DNA from: Thalia democratica
Lineage: Eukaryota
Direction of reading: 5' to 3'
NCBI GenBank assembly: GCA_965202585.1
Contig: OZ241832.1
Span: 46,252,001 to 46,316,000 of the forward strand
DNA: 64,000 bases
The translations under genes were made by a program, and so were the position numbers. This document shows, piece after piece, positions 58,567 through 64,000 of the stretch (the first letter of the stretch is position 1; each line of letters opens with the position of its first letter). Under the pieces are notes generated by a model. That model searched no databases and had not been told where the DNA came from. It saw only the letters and a program-made list of their open reading frames with translations.

Positions 58567-58677
58567 GCCTACGACCATACCACACTGAACGCACCCCATC
58601 TCGTCCGATCTGGGAAGTTAAGCAGTGTCTTAGTACTTGATGGGTGACCGCTTGGGAATACCGCGTGCCGTAGGCTT
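58567..58677 (+). rRNA. 5S: 5S rRNA-derived gene, internally deleted (unit 6)
   Basis: Same sequence and deletions as unit 1. Confidence 0.92.
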
Positions 58678-61600
58678 TTCTTTTTGAGCTGTTGTATGTT
58701 GGATCAATGATTCATACCGATCATATACATTTTTCGTTTATCTTAAACTTATCTTACTTTAAAAAAACATAACTTAAAACAAACAGTTGAAGCAGTTTTG
58801 AGTCATCAAGTTGTGTCATACATAGTGTTCAATTGAGTTACAAAGCTGTATACTTCTTTTCCTTTGCATAACGTTTCAGCTGTTAGTATTTTTATGTATT
58901 GATGTTTTTATTTGAAAAATCCATAAGCTACTATGTTCAAAAAAAAAGTCTAGGGTTTGTAAAACGAAAGATTTAATGATGGTTGTACTGAAACTGTATG
59001 CTTTTGATTGTCTTTTTTTTGTTTTGAACAATCACAGTTGTTTACATTTATTTGTTGTATAACTTTGAAACTGTTTTTTATGTTAAGTTTTAAATTGAAT
59101 TTCAACAAACATGATTAATATAGCTTTTTTAATTAAACCTCAAATGATCGAGTACTTTAATAATAATACAAAGTTTATTTAAAGTATAAAATAAAAACTA
59201 ACTGTTTTATTTTAATTTCAAAATATAATCGTTACTTATAGTGACGTAGGACAAATTTTTAAAAACAAACTAAGTAGTTATTTAATGAAAAAAAAACAAG
59301 TATACAAAGTAAGCGTATATGAGAATAAGTTTTGTGCAAATAAAGAAGTTTTTAAGAAAAAGCCTACGGACAACACACTGAAGTTAGTTGAAGCTTTTTA
59401 TGAAACATTCAATTATAACTTATTCATAGAACTTGTTCAACGATTTAAACAATACTTTTAAAACATAACTAGCTCCTTTCTCAAAGTAGTTGAAAATGGT
59501 CAGATAAAATTACAAAAGCAATTATAAGGAGCTCAAAAAGCGTTATGTTTTATTCAACTAGCTCTAACTCTTACTTTTGATCTTTTACCAGCACAAAGTT
59601 GTTAAAATTGTACACATATTTTGTTTAGTTAATGGTAGTTTAATACTGCTTAGTAGACATTAAAAGCTAGTTAAACAAATAGGTAGATTACCATAGATTT
59701 ATAAAAAAGCATAGTAAAAAAAAAACTGTTAAAGCCGTTTTAAGCTATCAAATTTTATTATATGTGGCTTAGATAAGTGATATGTACCATGAAAAAGTGA
59801 TAGAATTAAATGATAACATCCTGTTACTTCTTTTGTACCAATTGATTTAGTTTGATTTAAATGTTGATGCTTTAACTTGATAAAGCTATAAGCAATGTTA
59901 AATCAATTAAACAATGCAATTTTTTTAAAGTTAAAGACTCGAATTGTTCTTTTTTGTTCATGTTGTATACTTGTTGATGTTGTTTTTTGCTTATGTTTTT
60001 TATGAGTTTTAAATTGCAATGCATGTTTTCAATTGTGTTTTAGTTGAAGTTTGAAGTTTTCTGAAACAAGATCAAATAAAGCTGTGAACAATTTGAGTTC
60101 AATAAAACAGTTTTAAGCTTTGTAAAAAGATTTTGGTCGTGTTACTTCATGATTGTTGTACTGAGATCGCAAGTTTGTTAATGGTTTTCATTTTGACTTG
60201 AACATCTACTGTTGTTTACACATGTATATTTTACAACTCTAAACTGTTTTATATAGTTTGAAATACATGCAATAAATAGTAATAAAAAATTCTAGAAGCT
60301 ATTGATGAGATTTTTTTATAATAAACAAACTTAAGCTTATTTTGTTACAATTTAATGTATTATTTTCATTTAAAAATATAACATTTTTTTACGATGACGT
60401 AGAATTTTTTTTTTTAGATAAACTAAATATTTGTTAGATATTGCAAAAAGAAGTAAACAAAGTAAGCATAGTGGGAATAAGTATTGTTTGAAAAAATAAC
60501 TTAACGAGAAAATCCTATGGACACAAAAATCAAGTTAGTTAATGCTTTTTGCAAAAGTTTAATTACATGTAGCGTAAGAGACTTAAGCGATGCATTTTAA
60601 TTGCAACTAGCTCCATCCTCACAAGTAGTTTAAAATGTCATGTAAGAGAACCAAAACAATTGTAAGTACAACAAAGTGACTAAAAAATAAAACATAAAAG
60701 TAAAACTTTAAGTAAAGTGTGTTATACAAACATTCTATATGAACTTTTACCTTGCTTTTGGGCTTTCACCAGCACAAGGAACATTAAGTTTGGTACATTT
60801 TTGTCGTTTAGTTAGAGATTGTTTAACACTGCTTAGTGGGCATTAGTAAACAGTTAAATTAAGTGGTTGTCCTGATAACTTTACATTTATAACAAAAATA
60901 ACTAATGACAAACTGTTTAAGTCGTTTTAAGTCATCAAGTTGTCTCACATGTAGTTGTAACAAGTAACACAAATGAATGGTAAGAAGCTGTTACTTCTTT
61001 TCCTGTGTACCATGTTTCAGCTAATGAATTGGTTTGTTTCATATGTTTGAATAGTTAAGCAACCTAATAAATAGAAGTCGTCTTTGGAAAATTATAGTTT
61101 TAGGTATATACTTTCATCATTTATTTAAGCTGTTTTTGTTTAGGTCAATTGTGTGCTTGTTGATAGTATTATGTTTCTTTTGAACAATCGATGTTGTTTA
61201 CATTTATGTATTGTAATGTATGAATTTTGAATAGCTATGCATGTTTTTGATTGTAATTGAACAATACTTTTATGGAACGTTAACATTTTTTTTTTGTTGT
61301 TAACAGTTGAAAACATTTTCTATTAATATTTCAGTGAAGTTTTATTGTTATTATTTTCATTAAAAAATATAACTAGTTTTTACAGTGACGTAGCATAACT
61401 TTACTTTAATAAACTAAAAAACAAATAATTATTGAATGATAAACGAACAAAAGTCCACAAAATAAGCATGAATAAGAATGAGTTCCTTGATTAAATGAGA
61501 TAACAAGAAAAAGACCACGAAAAACACGTTCAAGTTAGTTAAAGATTTTCACTAAGCATTCAAGTACCTTAAGCAATGAGTTAAGGATTAGAGCAGTGAT

Positions 61601-63517
61601 CACACTAGTTTCCTTCGTAAAAGTTACATCAAAAACAAAGTAAAAGTGGAGAAATCATAGCAAGCTTAACTATTTAACTAACAATGGAAAGCGATAAAAT
61701 ATAAATTTAAAGTGAGATGTGGTGTTCTTGGATCGTTTATAAGCATAAAGTGGATTAAGAATGAAATTGTGTGAGTTTAGTAGACATTAGCAGCTTGTAT
61801 AACTGATTGGTGGTGCACGTAAGCTTTAGACTTATGGAAAGAATGATTACAGTAGTTTTTATTTGTGTCATGTACAGCCTAAAAACGAGATACAAAAAAT
61901 GGTAACAACTTTTTTTCTTTGTATCATGTTTTTATGTGTAGTTGTTTTTATTTGATAAAGCCACTAACAATTTGAGTTGAACACACCATCCTAAGGTTAA
62001 TACAAATATTTCAACAGTACTGTTAAATTGTTGTTATACTTAAATTGAATGTTTGTTTGAAAAAACGCTGTTTTTTACATAAATGAATTGTACAACTTTT
62101 AATAACTTTTTAACGGTTTCAGTTGCATTCTTATTAACAAGATTAATACATTTTGAAAATAAAATCCAAGTTTAGTTGCTGTAATTGAGTCAAGTAAGTA
62201 TATATTATTGCAAAGTTAAGTTTTTCTCTCATTGTAATTGAATGTATTATTTTCATTCAAACTTTTATTTTTACTTTTAAGTGACATAGCACTATTTCTT
62301 TTAATAAACAAAATTCAAATTTTTTTAAATGTTTGAAAAACAAGTCCACAAAGTAGAATGAATCAAAACAAGTTTTGTTTAAACAAGAAAATGCCTATGG
62401 AAATTTTTACCTAACACTTAGATACTAAATATTATTCCACAGTTTAAGCAATGATTTCAAACATAACTAGCTCTTTCTCAAAAAGAGTTTCATCAAGTAA
62501 AAGTAAAAAAAAAACTATAGTAAGTGTAACTAAGTGGTAAGACAGGAAAACAGGGATATTATCACTCATAAGTAAACTGTATTATCCAAGTATACTAACT
62601 GTTAATCCACCAACACAATGTAGATTAAGGTTTGTACATTTTGTCGTTTTATTAAGGCTTGTTTGACACAGTTTAGAGACTCTAGTAGCTGGTTAAATCA
62701 ATTGGTTGTCCTGATTACTTTAGATTTAAGGCAAATATAAACTAAACTAAAGCATTATAGTTGTTTTAGGTCATCAAGTTGTATCATATCTAGTTTTTAC
62801 CTTAAAATATATGAAACAAGTGGTACAAGCTGTTACTTTTTTTCTTTTGTACCATGTTTCAGCTAATGAATTGACTTGTTTCATATGGTGGCGTTTTAAC
62901 TTGACAATATATCTAAACAAGCTAAGTTTATGTTAGCTTTGTAAGAAAGAATAATTAACTGTACTTGAAAATCACACTTGTTATTTTTGTTCTGAACTTT
63001 TACTTCCATTTTTGTACTTTCAAAAACGTGTTCCACGGTTTCAATCGCATTCAAAATGTTAAGAAGAACACACTTGAAAAGTTATAGCTCATTGTGTTAC
63101 TTACAAACAACAAAAACTTAAAAAGATAATTTAAGTTGTTTTTTTTTTGTTATAAGTTGAACATAAAGTTTTTTTAAAAACGAATACACTTACTTACTGA
63201 ATGTTTTAACAGAAGTTCAACAAATGAATAAGAAGTAGTTTTCTTTATAAAAAATGTTAAGAAGAAAATAACTTACGGACAATATATTCAAGTTAGTTAA
63301 ACCTTTTTTGCAAATATTTTTATTGCTACTACTATTTTTTTCATGTTAGATTTATTCCATAATGTAAGAGTTGAGTAGGACAAAATAGTTTGTCTTTTTA
63401 TTTGTATAAATATCAATATGTTGGTATTACTGTTAAAGCAAATTTTACTTACAAGTAGTTATCTAATAGCTGGTTTTATTCAAATGGTGGTCCTAAAAAG
63501 GACCGGTTGTTGAGCAT

Positions 63518-63877
63518 TTATTTTGAGCTGGTGTATTTGGTAACAGCTTTAGTTCCTTCTGAAACTGCGTGCTTTGACAACTCGCCGGGGAGCAAGAGCC
63601 TGACAGCAGTTTGAATTTCGCGGCTGCTCACAGTTGACCTCTTGTTGTAATGAGCCAAACGTGAAGCCTCTGCTGCAATGCGCTCGAAGATGTCGTTGAC
63701 AAAAGAGTTCATGATTCCCATCGCCTTGCTGGAGATTCCGGTGTCGGGGTGCACTTGCTTCAAAACTTTGTACACGTAAATGCCAAAGCTTTGTTTGTGC
63801 CTCCTCCTTCGCTTCTTCTTGCCGTCGACCGGAGTGGTCTTGGCTACTGATTTCTTCGCGCCTTTGGTAGCTGTCAT
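63518..63877 (-). CDS. H2B: Histone H2B (terminal copy, with different sequence upstream of the octamer)
   Basis: Same 119-aa protein; stem-loop, TATA and octamer intact. Sequence diverges from the unit at 63939. Confidence 0.96.
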   Translation of the reverse strand: MTATKGAKKSVAKTTPVDGKKKRRRRHKQSFGIYVYKVLKQVHPDTGISSKAMGIMNSFVNDIFERIAAEASRLAHYNKRSTVSSREIQTAVRLLLPGELSKHAVSEGTKAVTKYTSSK

Positions 63878-63938
63878 AATGATGAGTGAACTTGAGTCTC
63901 GGCGCTGGTATATATACTGAAAATTTATGCAAATTAGC

Positions 63939-64000
63939 CATTTTTTTAGTTGCTTATGTCGTTACGGACGTATTTTAAGTAAAATTTTTCATTATACTTC
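63939..64000. other. Non-array flanking sequence (array boundary or insertion junction)
   Basis: After ...atgcaaattagc the sequence reads catttttttagttgcttatgtcgttacggacg instead of agttctgtacgcgaac. Confidence 0.9.

Overview
The window is a tandem histone-gene array from an AT-rich animal genome; the taxon cannot be assigned from sequence alone. It holds six complete ~9.87-kb units (1-9875, 9876-19749, 19750-29624, 29625-39498, 39499-49373, 49374-59247) and a partial seventh that stops at 63938, where unrelated sequence begins. Each unit carries five intronless replication-dependent histone genes, tightly packed head-to-tail on the minus strand in the transcription order H1-H3-H4-H2A-H2B. 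All five have a 3' stem-loop, and the four core genes have a TATA-like box and an octamer motif. Each unit also has a plus-strand 5S rRNA-derived gene with the same 8-nt and 1-nt internal deletions in all six copies, ~4.6 kb of old, diverged ~0.9-1.15-kb sub-repeats (a higher-order repeat), and a ~2.2-kb non-repetitive spacer that may hold a decayed spliced gene. Units differ by only a few SNPs/indels that I could see, one of which frameshifts H1 in unit 5. The strongest leads are the fixed defective 5S, a 16-bp octamer element shared in inverted orientation by the H2A and H2B promoters (the array also ends exactly at it), and substitutions at normally near-invariant residues in the core histones. 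Regulatory features are listed for unit 1; add 9875, 19749, 29624, 39498, 49373 or 59247 for later units (plus or minus 1 downstream of the indels). All comparisons were made by eye.
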